The notes beneath the pieces were generated by a model that was not told the DNA's origin, ran no database searches, and saw nothing but the letters and a program-made list of their open reading frames with translations. Both the position numbers and the translations under genes were made by a program. Of a stretch of DNA of 64,000 nt, positions 11,692 through 25,230 are shown piece after piece (the stretch's first letter is position 1; each line of letters begins with the position of its first letter). The DNA is from Chara braunii (taxonomy: Eukaryota; Plantae; Charophyceae): positions 6,695,859-6,759,858 of the forward strand of contig BFEA01000015.1 of the NCBI GenBank assembly GCA_003427395.1, read 5' to 3'.

Positions 11692-14600
11692 CCGCTCATA
11701 AGGACGTCCGACGAAACGCTCAGACGGTCTGCGATAAGGACGCAACAAGGAGACGTGGTAAACATCGTGTACGCAAGTCTGTCGAAGGTAATTAGATAGC
11801 TTCATATGAAAGTTGACCGGACTAGCGACAATATCAGAACCGACAAACTTCGTTTCGAAATAGATAATTTGTATCAACTAGAAAAAGCCGGCTCAGAACC
11901 CCACCTGACAGTGGGGAAATAATAACCCCCCGTTAAATTAATTGGGGTGACACAGCAACAAGGCGTTATGTTTTACGTATCAGGTAATTCTGTACAACGG
12001 GGTAATTCATTCTCAGATAGAGCCTAGAAGAGCTGATAAGAAACCCGATAAAATTTGGCCCGTGGGAACCTTTAGCTCGTCGAGTTATGAACGTTTTTGA
12101 AAAGAAGGGTCGAAGGCTAAGCCTTACTTCGAAAAATCGTGCCACTGAACTTTGTATTTTATCGGCTAGTGCTCTAGGTCCGACGACTCCAATCAGGAAG
12201 TCGTCTGCATAGCGAACATAGTGAATCCTTCTTAAATGACTTTGGTGAGCCGACGAACGCGAGGGCCGAAAACGCGTCTTGAAGACTACTCTCCGATCGC
12301 CGCCGGATCTTTGCAGTGAACCTTTTTGTCTGCAACATGCGGCGGTTGTCCTCTCTATCGACGATCCTCTATCGACAATGCTCTTCAGCTGCATGACAAA
12401 TTTCTCAAGCTCATAAAGTACCAAATTGGATAGAAGAGGGTCGAAGGGTCGACCAATGTGGTCGTCTTTCGATAAAGCGACCGAGGCCGTTTTATCTTAT
12501 ACAGGTGTCATCGCACTAGAGTCAATAATTTATTATCTTGAATCTTCTTATATAGAAGACTCATCAATATTTGGTGGTCAATTGTATCGAAGCATTTGGA
12601 CCTTCGGCCTTCTATGTATCAGACAACCGCCCCTCGAAAATCTTCGCGTATCTGTTTCATACAAGTATGTTGCGAATAGCCAGGTTCGCAAGAGTTGGAA
12701 CATTTCAGGAAGCGTGGTTCACACAATGTTTCTAGAATAGAACGCATTACCTCAACACTTCGTGTCCAACAATTCGGCGGAGATGTCCGAATTGTTGCAC
12801 TCTGTGCCTGGAGGCTCACAATAGCGTTTTCCTTAGGTCTGGAAGCTTCGAGTGACTTGATAGAGGTGTCATCTATCGTTCCCCAAGCGCCTTTGTGGGA
12901 GCCTGGATTAGGCGCTCGCTTCTTATAGGCAGCAATCCATAGATTTATGTCTTTCATGAGACTGTTGAATAGACCACTGACACGAAATTCTTTATAGCTA
13001 GCGCTCCTTAGGTTATGAATATCGGTGCATGTCAAAGCAGAGGTCTCAAAAGTCTGGTTAGTGCCCTGCTTAGTCCCATTCGTCAAGAGTACAACACACG
13101 AAGAAGTGTCCTTAACTCTTAAGTACGTGACGTGCTTGGTTTCGCGGTCCAAGTCCGTCGATTTAGACTCCTTCCCCTCTGCCGGTAGGCGCGAAGTGTG
13201 GTAGGTACTACAATCCCTCTGCCGCATTCGAAAAGAGATTCGAATGGTTCATCGGTTCCACCGTATGCTCTCTGGGTTGAATTGAGTACAAAGTGTGCTT
13301 CTGAAGCTGTTCCCACTTCGTGGCCTGGTTTCCTCAATATCCCGGCACATACGATTTTCGACGTCGGTATACGAGGGAAGACGTTGTGCGATCTTTAGCG
13401 GATCGGCCTTGCCGAACACGTCCGGGCAATTATCCCACTAGCATCTCAAGTTCACGAGTATTCCGTTCAGTTGCGTATCAGAGACACGGTCGAGGTTCAA
13501 CCAAGGGCTGACTATTCCCAGTGATCCCCTTTCACGACGAGATTGAGTCTTTGCAGCGAGTTTTTCACTACGAGTATCTTCAACGGCGTTGAATAAGTCA
13601 TGTCCGTCTCGTTGTGGACTTCTACAACGTCTGAAGGATGTGGCATGGATCGAAGAAGCGACAACTGAACTTGCGAAGCGTATCCGCCTCGAGCTGCAAG
13701 TGGAGTGCGTCGATGAACACATTGTCATCAACTTTGAATGAATGATTCATTCGTGACCGGTTCGCTCATGCGGTCATGCAAGTCTGGGAGTCGGCTAGAC
13801 TCTCATGTGCGCGCTTCATAATCGCCGCCATCATCGCCATGTGGGCGATCCAATCGTGAAGTGCAGGACAACGAGTGTCTTGGTGAAACCGTGACGATCG
13901 TAGGAAATCCGCTGGTATGTGAGGGTGGTAGCCGATGTTGCAATAGAATGTGTACATCCCCGTGGCTGGCGAAATGGCGTGGTTGTATGCAATCTCCGCG
14001 TGGGCTAAGTGTAAGTCCCACTGCTGGTCACCCCTGATATACTTTCGGAAGATATTCCTGAGAGTTTTATTGGTGACCTCAGTCTGACAATCCTTCTGGG
14101 GGTGGTAAGATGATGAGAAGCGGAGTTGGGATCTGTACACCTCGTGTAGTTGTCGTCAGAATGTGCTGGTAAAACGTGGGTCACGGTCGGAGGTGATGCT
14201 CTGAGGCAAGCCGTGATCTCTCACGACTGGGTCGACTACGATGTCGGCGACCTCATGAGCACTAATGAGATAGCGGCACGGAACAAAGTGTGCACACTTT
14301 GTGAAGCGATCGACGACGACCAAGATAGCATCATGACCTCGCTCGGTGGGTGGAAGAAGGGGATGAACGAAATTCATCGAGATAGACTGCCAACGCCTCT
14401 CAGGTACGGGTAGGGGCTGAAGTAACCCATACGGAAGGTGGTTCGTACTGTTCACCTCCTGACAGGTATGACAGTCCAGGATGTAGGCTTTGACAAAGTC
14501 CTTGGACTTCAGTTAGACGTATAGGTGGCGAACACGAGTCAACGGCTTGTGGAAGCCCATATTATCGGCAATTGTCTGGTCATGGAACTCTGCTACAACC

Positions 14601-17600
14601 TGGACGCGGAGTTGTCCGGTGGAGGGAACGCAAATACGTGGTTCAAACTGACCCGGTCTGCCATGCCAGTACACGAGGTCGTTCTCACCGACTGATTATG
14701 AGGGAACGGTCTTGCCACTCCGCAATGTCGCATGTATGACACGATAATCCGGGCAGTGGAACTATTGAGTGCGATATGCGTCGATCACCGACTGATCAAC
14801 ATTGGTGATGGAGATGGCAGCAAGATGGGTGGGTTCCTGATTGTGATCAGGACGACGGGACAAGGCATCGGCGACGCGGTTCGTTTCACCCTTGATGGGT
14901 TGAGCGGTAAAACTGAACTCGGATAAATCACGTCACCAGTATGTCTGTCGAGGGGAAAGCTTGGGCATCATGAGGAAAGCTTGGACAACTGAGTTGTTCG
15001 TGCACACCATGAAGGGCGCCCTGTGCAGATATTGACGTCAATGTCGGGTAACATAAACTACTGCGAAAACCTCACGTTCATCGGTAATGTAGTTTATCTC
15101 GGCAGGCAGTAGCTGACGGGAGTAGAAAGCGATCGGGCAATCCACAACACAAACCTCGATAGTCCTATCCTCCGCGATGGTCGGGAAGTAAATGATGGGA
15201 AGACTGTCAGTGGAGGGAAGTGATGGGAGGATAGGCGTCAGTTTGAAAGTTGTGTCAATAGGAGAGGGGGGGGGGGAGAGGAACATGGGGATAAGGTGAA
15301 TCAGAAGGAGAGGGAAACACCTGAGAAAGTACAGCTCCTACTACTGCAAAATCTGACTCGTCAGTGGTGACGATGAAGGGACGATCAAAATCAGGGAGGA
15401 GAAGAACCGGCGCACAAGTCACCGTCTTCTCGAGGGTTCGAAAGGCGTTTTCGCAAAGAGGTGTCCAAAACCACGGCGGGTTCTTCCGGAGGAGGGTGGA
15501 GGTAAGGACGTAGGAATACCCAACGTATCCCTGGATGAAATTACTATGGTAACTTGTGAGGCCCAGGAACTGCGAAGCTGCTTGGCGGGTGTGGGGACGG
15601 GCCACACCACAATAGTAGTGATCTTCACGTCGTCCATATGGAGACCCTGGTCTGATACATGGTGTCCTAGGAAGTCCACTTTGCGATGGGCAAAGTGGCA
15701 CTTACTGAGTTTGGCATAAAAACAATGCTTGTGTAAGCGCTGCAGGACATCGCGAAGGTGTATGAGATGGTCCAGACACAGGGTACGACTATAGACCAGG
15801 ATATCGTCTAGGTATACGATAATGTATTCTTCAAGGATGTCCCTGAAGATATCTCCCGTCGTCGTTTGGAAGGTGACGGGTACATTGGTGAGGCCGAATG
15901 ACATCACCGTGAACTCGTAGTGGTCGACACACGACTGCAAGGCGGTGTTTGTTTGATCCTTTGTGGCCACGCGGATCTGGTGGTAACCGCTACGGAGATC
16001 GATCTTCGTGAAGAAGCGGTTGCATGCCAGACGGTCAAACAACTCATCCGCTCAAGGCATGGGATAATTGTTCTTAACGGTGTAACGGTTAAGGCTGCGG
16101 TAGTCAATGCAGAGGTGAAGACTTTGCGAGTAAAGAGGACGGGTGCATCCCAAGGTGAGTTACTCGGTTTAATGAAACCCAGCTGAATAAGCTCCTCAAG
16201 CTGACGCTTGAGTTCCGTCGCCTCGAGAATCGAGAGGTAGGGTGCCTGATAGTGGACACGATAGTCAGGTACGAGCTAGATAAAATGCTCAATGTCGCGC
16301 ATTGGAGGGATCCCGCTGTATGAGAAATACAAGGGGAAAACGCCGCGGTACTCTTAAATCAAATCGTGAACGGCGGACACTAAATCGGTCGTGAACCACA
16401 TGAGTTTCTTAACGTCTGCATCGACACATATGGGTGGACTCGAAAGTGAACGATGTAGGGATCTGGGATGTCGGGGGGGTATCCGCAGGCTAAGGGGTGA
16501 ATGTAGAGATGGAAGCCGTGAAGATAGAGGAAGGATCAGAGGGATCGGGCTTCAGTGAGATGAGCTCAACCTTGGGATATAGTGGATCATAGAGATGAAG
16601 ATCCTTGACGTTCACAAAGTAGAACGTGACGTCCTCCTGTCGTATGAAGTGAGCAAACTGACGAGAAAAAGTGAAGGCGATGTTTGGGTGCGACCAAGAC
16701 GAACGAGGGTCCTTGGGAGGTAGGTTGGAAAGGGTGTCACTCATGGTTCCAATGAAAAAGATTCGATAGGTCTAATCACACTTCGTTTTACGAACGAGTG
16801 TCTCGGTCGCCCATTCGGCCTCTGTGGCACGGAACCGGCGACTACCGGTGAGACCAGGCAGTGCCAAGGATAAAGTCGTACCCAGTCTTTAGTACGTCGA
16901 AGTATGCTGAGGAATGGTAGCGCCGAGGCGCTTGGGTACTATCAAGTGGCAGGAGGGTGAGGTAAAAGACCGTTTGACCGAAGAAGTATTGCGTCTTGTT
17001 ATCTCATAGGGTAACGGAGATAGGAGAGCGGGACCCGGTGGTAGCTAAACGAGCTTCCTCAACCACTCGAGGGTGAACGACGTCTCGCTGCAAGTCAGAG
17101 TCCCATACTAGTATAGCGCAGTACACCCTCACAGATGTCCCCAAGTGGATCAAAATGATCGGGAAGGTGCGATCAGGGTCATAGAGCAGAGTGAGGAGAT
17201 GAAGCATGGCATTTACGTGTCTCGTGAGTCGCTCCTGACGAGTCTGAAGAATGCTTAAGTACAGGAGAGATGACACAACGTCATCACGAGTCGCCAACTT
17301 AGCACCACAACGAGTTGTGTGAATGGCGCGATGGGTCGGAAGTCTCGAAGGGGAAGAACTAGATACGGCGGTCTGCCGTGGGGCAAACGGTATCTCGACA
17401 GACGGCGGGGAAGAGGGAACTGCGTCTGTCGTGTTCTGAGGATCCTCTGCTGAGGTAGCCAAAGGGGCAAACCGCGACTCAGTGATCGAGAAGTTGGCGA
17501 CGTGCGAGGCCTCAGCGGTACACTGCACCGTGGTTAGCTGGATGGGACTGGTTAAGTGGGATCGGGGGGGGACTGAGATCGGCGCTGATGAAAAATGTCA

Positions 17601-19800
17601 ACATAGTGTCGATCGAGAGCAGCATGGTATGGACACCGTGAGGAGGTGTGTCCATCCTGGCGACAACGAAGGCAACCACGACGGGCCTCGAGGGTGGCGC
17701 GCTCCTCAGGGGATAAAGCTCAGCGAGGAGGGACGAAACCCTGCGGGAGGTGTATATGAGGGACCGCGAACGTGCGGGCGCCAGCATGAGCAACCCGATT
17801 ACGCGCACGACCCATGGCGGACATGGCCATCTGTAATCGCTCGACCACCAGGACAGTTTCGTCATCCAAGTGGTACTTGATAACGTCCTGAAACTCGATG
17901 TCCTCAGGGACGTCCCCAAGGGTAGGGTCGAGCTCGGCTGAGGCGTCCTCGCCGTACTCGAGAGAATTGTAGCGCTGAGAGAATGGCGCTCCAGGTCGAG
18001 CTGGTCAGCGAAAGCGGTCGACGAAAGAGGATCGACCGCGAGTAGCACCTCGTGAATGGGTGGCGGAGACGGTGGATCGAGAAAAAGATGGGGCATCGGA
18101 GAAACGACTCCTCATCTTCTGGTACTGTTGAACAGCCTCGTGGGCCTCCTCTGAGCAGGCGAAGCTCTGTCGCCAGAGCTCGATGCGGTAGTCAGTTGGA
18201 AGACTGAGGACGAACCTGTTTGTCAAAGGACGTAAAGTAAGAGTGTCTTATCGCAAATGAGGCGGATGTTTTAAAACACTCTGATGTGACACTCACGGTC
18301 TACTGGTGCGAAGGACCGGCGCCACTGCGTCTGTGTGCCCGATCTAAGGCGTCGGTCGCATCGTGGAGAGTGTCATAGCGGTCATGAAGGAACGCGGTGA
18401 AATCCGCGAGAGTGGGAGCCTCACCCGCACGAGTACGATGAGTATAATAGTTCTTCCATGCGGAGAACATGCTGACTCGCAATTTAGTTGCGAGCATAGC
18501 GCACCACAACTTCTACTAGTGTTAGTCAGTGTCAGTGCACGTGTGGCAGCCTGCAACGAGTGCGACACGCGAAGTGTACCATCGTAGTCGGGTATATCCA
18601 ACAGACGTACAAGGGTGGGACCACTGTGCTGATAGCGGGGGGAGAGAGGCTGATGGGCCTACACTGCGGCCACAAATGTTAGGGCCGATGCAGGGGTGGC
18701 GGTGGTGGTTGGCTGTGGGTTGAGGCTGTTGGTGGAAGGTCCAACAACGGTGGAGGCCAAAATCGCAGCCAGCTGGGATGGAGTGGCGAGATAGGTGGGT
18801 AGAGGACGAGGAGCTGGTCGAGGGAAACGAGCCTGCAAGACATATGTGAGAGAGGCGGTATAAAAAAAAGGGTGAACAACCTGTGAAGGGTAAGGCTGTC
18901 TCAGGGTGAGAATCTCCGCTTGGAGCTGCGTGATGGTAGCCTGCAAGGTAGCCACGCGCTGGGTAAGTGGAGTCGGAGGTGGAGGAGGCGGGGAGGGTAC
19001 CGTAGGAGGATAAGGAGTAATGAATTGGAGGGAACCCCGAGGTGGGAGTGAGGAGATGAGAGGAGGAGGGAGGATTCCGGTCCGTGGTATTGGGATCGAA
19101 GCAGAAAGCTAGCAAGCCATATCAGAAAGAGTATGTGAAACTGTCTGGCCAGATACCGGTATCTGGGCACCAGCACTGACGGTAGTGGCCAAAGCGGCAG
19201 GGGCGGCAGGGTCCGACGAGTGTGCCGTAACAAATGGTATGGTCTAAGCGGCGGCGGCACCCATCAATGCGGGCGGGGAGTGTCGAACCTAACCCGCGGA
19301 AGAGGACGAACCACCACGTCTCCGTCTCTAGAGTCGTGGAGAGCCGGACTCTGAGCCGGTAGGGGGTGGAGTTTGGGTGCGGTGGGGAAAGCGATGAGGA
19401 GAACCCTTGAGGCAGTGAAGTTCAAGGGAGAGCGCATTGACTTGCCCCTCCAAGGGTGCAAGCGCCTCGAGTCGAGCTTGCAAAGGTGCAAGGAGGGATG
19501 CAAGAACAATGCAAAGTTTCATGGGTCCACATGGTTGTGACCGTGGACCGTCGGGTGTTGGACGCCTGAGCGACGAAGTGCGCCGCAACGATCTCCTCAG
19601 TTGTAGCCTCGTCTGTGGGTAGTGGATGTATGGGGGCAGACATGGCGGAAGGTGGAGAAAGAGGTGAGGAAAAAAATGGGTTGTGGCGTGGGGATAGGGG
19701 GCCACCGGTGAAAGGAAGGGGATCACGGGAGCGGAGTGGGTAACCATGAGTCGGCTCGCCCGTGACTAGCGGGTTGCGCATGAGATGGTGGCATCAATCG
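11692..19800 (-). mobile_element. Decayed Ty3/gypsy gag-pol (gag, protease, RT, RNase H, integrase)
   Basis: Fragmented ORFs in gypsy order: gag ~19800-18000; protease ~17150-16750; RT (FTKIDLRSGYHQIRV, VYLDDILVYS; 16300-15500); RNase H (FIVTTDESDFAVVGAVLSQ, AFYSRQLLPAEINY); integrase (GLLQPLPVPERRWQSISMNFV, SITSDRDPRFTS, SYHPQKDCQTE; C-terminal VHDVYHVSLLRPY at 11845-11692). Many stops and frameshifts. Confidence 0.95.
11847..13623 (-). pseudogene. Organellar (mitochondrial-type) group II intron fragment with degenerate RT/maturase ORF (NUMT-like)
   Basis: Fragments include LWIAAYKKRAPNPGS..TIDD (RT0), EVMRSILETLCEPRF..PGYSQHTCMKQIREDF (RT2) and IHYVRYADDFLIGVVG (YADD at 12200-12211). Upstream CGGCAGAGGGATTGTAGTAC...GGGAAGGAGTCT resembles domain III. 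No GUGYG 5' end or domain V/VI seen. Confidence 0.85.
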
Positions 19801-21965
19801 GGTCGAGGGAAGAGGAGCCGTTCGGGTCTAGGGTGCCCGAGGGGGGGAGGCGAGAGAAGAGGGGGGGTTAGGAGAACCCTAAACTCTAGAAAAACCGTAT
19901 GAAAACCCTAACCGGAGTTTTGATGGTTACGGTAGGGTAGCGGCGACCTAATAGAAAATAGCAACGTGGATGGGAGGGGTAAGAGAAATAAATAAACGGT
20001 AAAATTTTGAGATAAATAATAATAATAATAATAATAATAGTTAAAAAAATAAATAAATAAAATGTGAAGAGGTCGAAGTGTGCCGACAAAATTGACAACG
20101 AATTTCGATATCATTCCAAGGCAAAAGTTATTCAGTTTATGTTTCTGTATAACACAATTTTTTTTCAGAAGTTTTGGAGGACCTTTTTTTTTTTTTTTTT
20201 TTTTTTTTTGCCGTTCGGGCTCGGACAATCTGCCCAGGGAAGATGTCCGACCGGTTGTTCGAGTGGACAACCCCGGACGGTCAGGGGGGTCCCGGACATC
20301 CGATCAGGTAACATAGTTTTTTTTTTAATTTTCAACAGTATTTTCCTACCCCCCATGGGGTCAAAAATGTGTCAAGAAGAAAGAGAGACCAAGATACGCA
20401 CTCTAAGGTTCAAAATGCCACAAATTCTAAATTTCATAAAAGTAAATTAAAAATAGTTACGGAGGTGGAGGAGAGTGAAGAGAAACTAAGTGTCGGATTT
20501 TTTAAAAATTTCGCCAGCATTTTGTTACCCCCATGAGGTTGAAGTGTGCCGACAAAAGATATGACTACGTAAGATGGGAGAAAGTAGGGAGAAAAAAAAA
20601 AATTCGACAACACTTCTTTACCCCCACAGACTCAAAATGTGCGCCGAGAGTTGAAATAACCAAGTCCTAAACAAATATCGAGGTGCTGCAAAAAACATTG
20701 AATTTTCAAAAAAAATAAATAAAAAAATTGAGAAAGAAATAGGGGTATAAGATAATGCAATTTTCTTTCAGAAGAGCAAATGTAAATCAAAGAAAAAGAC
20801 AAAATAAGAAAAAACAGAAAAAATTGAAGTTGGGGGTGAGGGGGAATGAAAGAGTGATGGAGAAAGAGAGAAGTAGGCGAGAAAGAGAAAAAAATTGGCG
20901 TGGGAGGTGGGGGGGATGATTGGGTTGTAGTTGGGGGAGGGAAGGGGAAGACTAGGGTGGGAAAATGAGAGAGAAAGTGATGAGAAAAGTGGGGAGGAGT
21001 ATGAGAGATAAGTAAAAGATGGTGAGTGGGGAAGGGAGGGGAGAAAAAAATGGTGGAAGAGGAGTGAAGAGAGGNNNNNNNNNNGGAGTAGTTCTAGATG
21101 TAAAAGGGGTGATGACATGGTGTAGGGGAGAGAGAGAGGGGGTTGTGGGAGAGTACGTTAGTGGAGAGATATGATACCAGACTCTTCGTTGACCAAGAGG
21201 AACAAGGTCACCAAGCAAGGTGTTGGTAGCCTGCTGCTGCAACAGAAAATAATAATAATAATAATGAAATAATCAAGGGTTGGCTGAGATCTTGATCAAC
21301 CACCCGGATTAAACTGACGCACAGCCCCCTAGCCAGAGGGGGTCTTCACTGCTGGCAAACTGCTGGTGCAACAATAAAAAAAATAATAGCCATCATCATC
21401 ATCATCATCATCTGGGTGTGCTGAAATCTTGATCAGCCACCTAGATTGGCCTGTATTACAGCCCCCTAGCAAGGGTGATCTTGAAGATCCTTAGCGAGCT
21501 GCCACGTGGCACTGCATATGGCCACATGTGCAGGCAGCAGCAGCCACGTCGCCTCTGGTGAATAGTGTGTGGAACTATTCAACAAGAACATTCTGCACTA
21601 CAAAGCTATGGACACAGTTTGGCCAGTGTGTTACATCACTAGCCATGCACGCGCATGGCTGGCAGCTGCCCAGGTTCAAACCCNGGCAGCAGCATGCATC
21701 TTGGATCTTGATACAGATAATCCGGGAGCGGGGCGGGGCGGCAGGGCCACGTGGGCACGTGACGCGTGCGTGTGCGGTGGCCTTGGCGCTTACGTCGTGG
21801 TAGCACTCTCTCTTTTCTCGCCACCTGTCGCTCCCTTGCTGCTGCACGTTTCTTCGCTTTGTCCCGTTGTTTGCCTCTGAAAACGCCCAAAAAACAGGTG
21901 GAAACCCAGTGTCGGGTTTTACACCGTATGTCGGGCTGTGGTGGGTGGGAGCGGGGAACGTTCCC

Positions 21966-21977
21966 GCTCTGATACCA
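21966..21977 (-). promoter_or_regulatory. Primer binding site (tRNA-iMet)
   Basis: The minus strand reads TGGTATCAGAGC, 1 nt after the LTR end (CA at 21979). Confidence 0.9.
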
Positions 21978-21978
21978 G

Positions 21979-22330
21979 TGTGACGGACCGGCCAGGATGG
22001 CGGTCTGTCAGGTTCAAGACGAAGGGATGAGGACGGGGGAGATGGAGATGGAGCTGGAAGGGATAGCACAACTCCAACGCAGACTCAACACGCACGTACT
22101 CCACACTGTGCAAATGAAGAATGAATGGAAAACAAACAACAATTGGGGTATACCCACAGCGGACTGACTGGACTGGACTGGACTGGACTGCTACCGACAG
22201 TGGTACCGGGCAGGACTGGACTGGACTGGAACAGCACGTGGCCTGTGGGGTGGCCTGACCCCACAGGCCGAATAGGCAAATAGCCCGGTAGGCCCTGGCT
22301 GTAGGCCAGGGCAGATAGAGGGCCGCTGCA
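21979..22330 (-). mobile_element. Truncated 5' LTR (U5 end) adjoining the PBS
   Basis: Homologous to 4655-5010, abuts the PBS, and has the same orientation as the gypsy gag-pol. Confidence 0.8.
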
Positions 22331-22848
22331 GCGCAGCTCAGTATGTTTGCCTAAATCATTGCATGCAGCCAATATTGATAGTGGGCCCTTGATGATGAAA
22401 GAATGACACAATGTGCAACTATCGGGTGCACATGTATGTGCATGGCGTTGTGCCATGAATATGCTGCTCACTAGTGCTGATCTCCAGACCTCATTTGGAC
22501 CATGATGCCCCCCAGTGTATGGTTTAAACCCTTAGCAAGCAGTCAAATGCTCATTGGCAGGTGTGGGGAGTTTCTTTCGAGCCACGGACAACTCACCAAG
22601 CAAGCAAGGGTTCTCAAGGGAGAGGTGTTGTTATTGCTGTTTTGCCCCCCATGTTTTACTGATGAAGGTGGGAACAGGTGCCAACAGGAGATTTTGCAAT
22701 ATCTCTGTACATCACCTCTGTTTGGTGGAAAATGCGTGCTATAGGTCAGGAGTGCTTGTTTTTCTTACAACCGTCGAGCTGCAGTTGCGCTTGGGCATGG
22801 GCCGGCGAGGGTGGTCTCCCCCTCAGCTAAGCTGGATGATGCTTCCGG

Positions 22849-22945
22849 GGACCAAGTCCCACTTACTTGAATTCTCAATTCCCGACCTTCGATTAGCAAG
22901 ATCGACGGCTTGAAATGAAGAATCAACGTAAGTAGGACTTGGCCC
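22849..22945. mobile_element. PIF/Harbinger-like MITE (~97 bp)
   Basis: TIRs GGACCAAGTCCCACT / AGTAGGACTTGGCCC with a 3-bp TSD (CGG). Second copy at 23761-23857; same TIR as 38374-39485. Confidence 0.7.
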
Positions 22946-23480
22946 CGGTAGTTTTCTCCTGGCTTGTCTGTGAGGTATCTGGGCCTCATTTCCTTGGTGT
23001 TTAATGAAGTCTCAAGTTTTTTGAAAAAGGTTAAAAAAGGCATGCCACTAGCATACCTCATACCTTTGTTTGGTGGAAACTTGGAAAATGCATGCAACTG
23101 CGGACTTTACCCGAATAGAAAGCCCGGTTATTATTGCTGTATCTAGACTGAAAGTTGCCCCTGCCCCAAACACAGCTATAATGACTGGAGCGCTCTACCT
23201 TCTTCCCCCGCATACAATGTACAGTCATTATAGCTGTATTTGGGGTGTCTTTCAGTCTAAATACAGCTATAATGACCGTGAAAGCAGGTAGTTGGGTGCA
23301 GAGGGTAGCAAGCATGCATAAGTAAGGGTCTCTTTCCAACTGTGGCACTGGTCTCTAAAGAACATAAGCCAGGTTCATGGTCAGTCAGTGAAACTACGGC
23401 TTTCCCCCAACACAACGCACCCTCATTTTGTATCGGGCTCGAAAAAGTTCATTTTCAGGGTGCGTTAAAGACGCTAGTGG

Positions 23481-23498
23481 GTCCTTCGGGACATCCGT

Positions 23499-23530
<32 letters not shown>

Positions 23531-23573
23531 GGCCCCTGTGCAAGGATGACACACATAAATCGAGAAATGGTCC

Positions 23574-23610
<37 letters not shown>
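23481..23610 (+). pseudogene. Full-length U6 snRNA retropseudogene with poly(A) and TSD
   Basis: GTCCTTCGGGACATCCGTTAAAATTGGAACGATACAGAGAAGATTAGCATGGCCCCTGTGCAAGGATGACAC...GGTCCATATT (23481-23578), then A32. The 14-bp TSD is aaagacgctagtgg / aaagatgctagtgg at a TT/AAAG site. Confidence 0.95.
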
Positions 23611-23612
<2 letters not shown>

Positions 23613-23760
23613 TGCTAGTGGAGCTTCTCTCATGATGTTTTGGATGATGCAAATGTGGCAAAGTTGGGGCCCTACCCTACTACTCACCACATCCACAAAA
23701 GATTAAAAATAAAATAAAAAAATAAAAAAATAAAAAATAGGGGTACCTTCAGTAGAGTGA

Positions 23761-23857
23761 GGGTCAGGTCCCACTACCCTGGATTATTCATTTTTCGCCC
23801 TCGATTACGAAGATCAACGGTCAGAAATGAAGAATAGGGGTTAGTGGGATCTGGCCC
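23761..23857. mobile_element. PIF/Harbinger-like MITE (second copy)
   Basis: GGGTCAGGTCCCACTA...TAGTGGGATCTGGCCC; interior homologous to 22849-22945. Confidence 0.65.
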
Positions 23858-23881
23858 TCACAAAAACAAGCTATAATTGCA

Positions 23882-23992
23882 CTATGGGCCAAGATACAGT
23901 TTGCAATTGCTGTTCAGGCACCCCACCTTGCCAGAACGCTGGGTTGTATACATTGCCCCAACTGCAAGTCGAAACTGTATCTTGGCCCATAG
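23882..23992. mobile_element. MITE
   Basis: Perfect ~21-bp TIRs CTATGGGCCAAGATACAGTTT / AAACTGTATCTTGGCCCATAG. Confidence 0.7.
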
Positions 23993-24863
23993 TAGACTCC
24001 GGCCTAGTTTCCCCTAAAAATTATGGCAGTGGATCTTTCCAGGGCCCAGCTGCAGATTCGTTCTCATTTTGTACATTTGGTGTGTAGTGGAGCCAGACCC
24101 TTTTTTTTTTCTCCTTCAATCTATTGATAGGGCAGACAACACTGCCTGGTTTCGATTGGAACGCAGTGAAGCAGGCCTGTCAGAATGCATGTGAAGCGTG
24201 AAGACAGGCAGGTGCAACATCTGCACCTTCCTGTATTCCCAAGCTCCAACAGTCCAATTCAGTACTTATCCATCTTAGGAAAAATCCTGCACTGTGACAA
24301 TTTTAGGGCGATGCCAAGGGCTGCATCCCCTACCCCCTTTTCTGAGAAATGCACCCTTCCCCCCTCTCGTGTGATAGGCTCTGGCAGTGGGGTTGACGGC
24401 CTCACAGGTGAACGCGTGGGAACAGCAGAACTGAAGACAGGCGCTAAGGGGGGAAAGCGTTCTGTTACTCGATACGCCGTACTCGAGGATTATCGAGGGC
24501 CTACCCTGTAGTTGTACCGCTCTGCTCGAGGCTGTCCAGATGCGTTCAAAATTTTGATGGATGGCGAGTGGTGCAACCGGCATGCAGACTCCCTGCCAGC
24601 CGTAGATTTGTTTACCAGATGAAACTCCAGCCGTAGATTTATTTACCAGCTGAAACTACATGTACTCCAACAGTAACAGTAGTGGAGATGTGTACTGAAT
24701 AGGAGAGTACAATCTGGGTGTGTACTGAATTTTTATATACAGCCCCTTGTTGTCCTCTTCTCTCTCTCTGCCTACGGTTTACCGGGCAGTTCTGTTTGTG
24801 ACGATATATATATTTGACGATATATATATTCTGCACTCAAATCTTTCATCATCTTTTTTTTTT

Positions 24864-25182
24864 GGGCAAATTTTCGAAATGCCCCCAAAGTTTGCGTTTA
24901 TTTGCGGCCCCTGTAAAGGCCGACTTACCCTGTGGTGCCCCTTGGGCCTCCGCAGGCCCCTGTCAGCATGGGGCGTAACTTTCCGATATGCCCTTACTGG
25001 ACTGCTGGTGGCGTTCCGTCGGTAGGTCCTTGAAATGCCGTCACGAGGGGCACACATCTTTCTTTGATGCCCTTGCAGCGGTGGTGGCAGGAGTTCGAAT
25101 TCAATGTGGTAGGCATTCCACGCATTCCACGCGCCGCCACGGAAAAACGGTCTGTATATGTGTGTGTGTGTATGTGTGTGTG

Positions 25183-25230
<48 letters not shown>

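Noticed and set aside
11847-13623. Functional nuclear group II intron
   Set aside because: No GUGYG start or domain V/VI, the ORF is frameshifted with deletions, and removal does not restore the integrase frame exactly.
4655-22330. One intact 17.7-kb LTR element bounded by the two homologous LTR pieces
   Set aside because: The LTR copies are visibly diverged, there is no polypurine tract or TSD, and an assembly gap and a truncating insertion lie between them. It cannot be supported as one insertion.
23481-23578. Functional U6 gene
   Set aside because: The poly(A) tail and TSD, and the lack of a recognisable USE/TATA promoter or T-run terminator, indicate a retrocopy.
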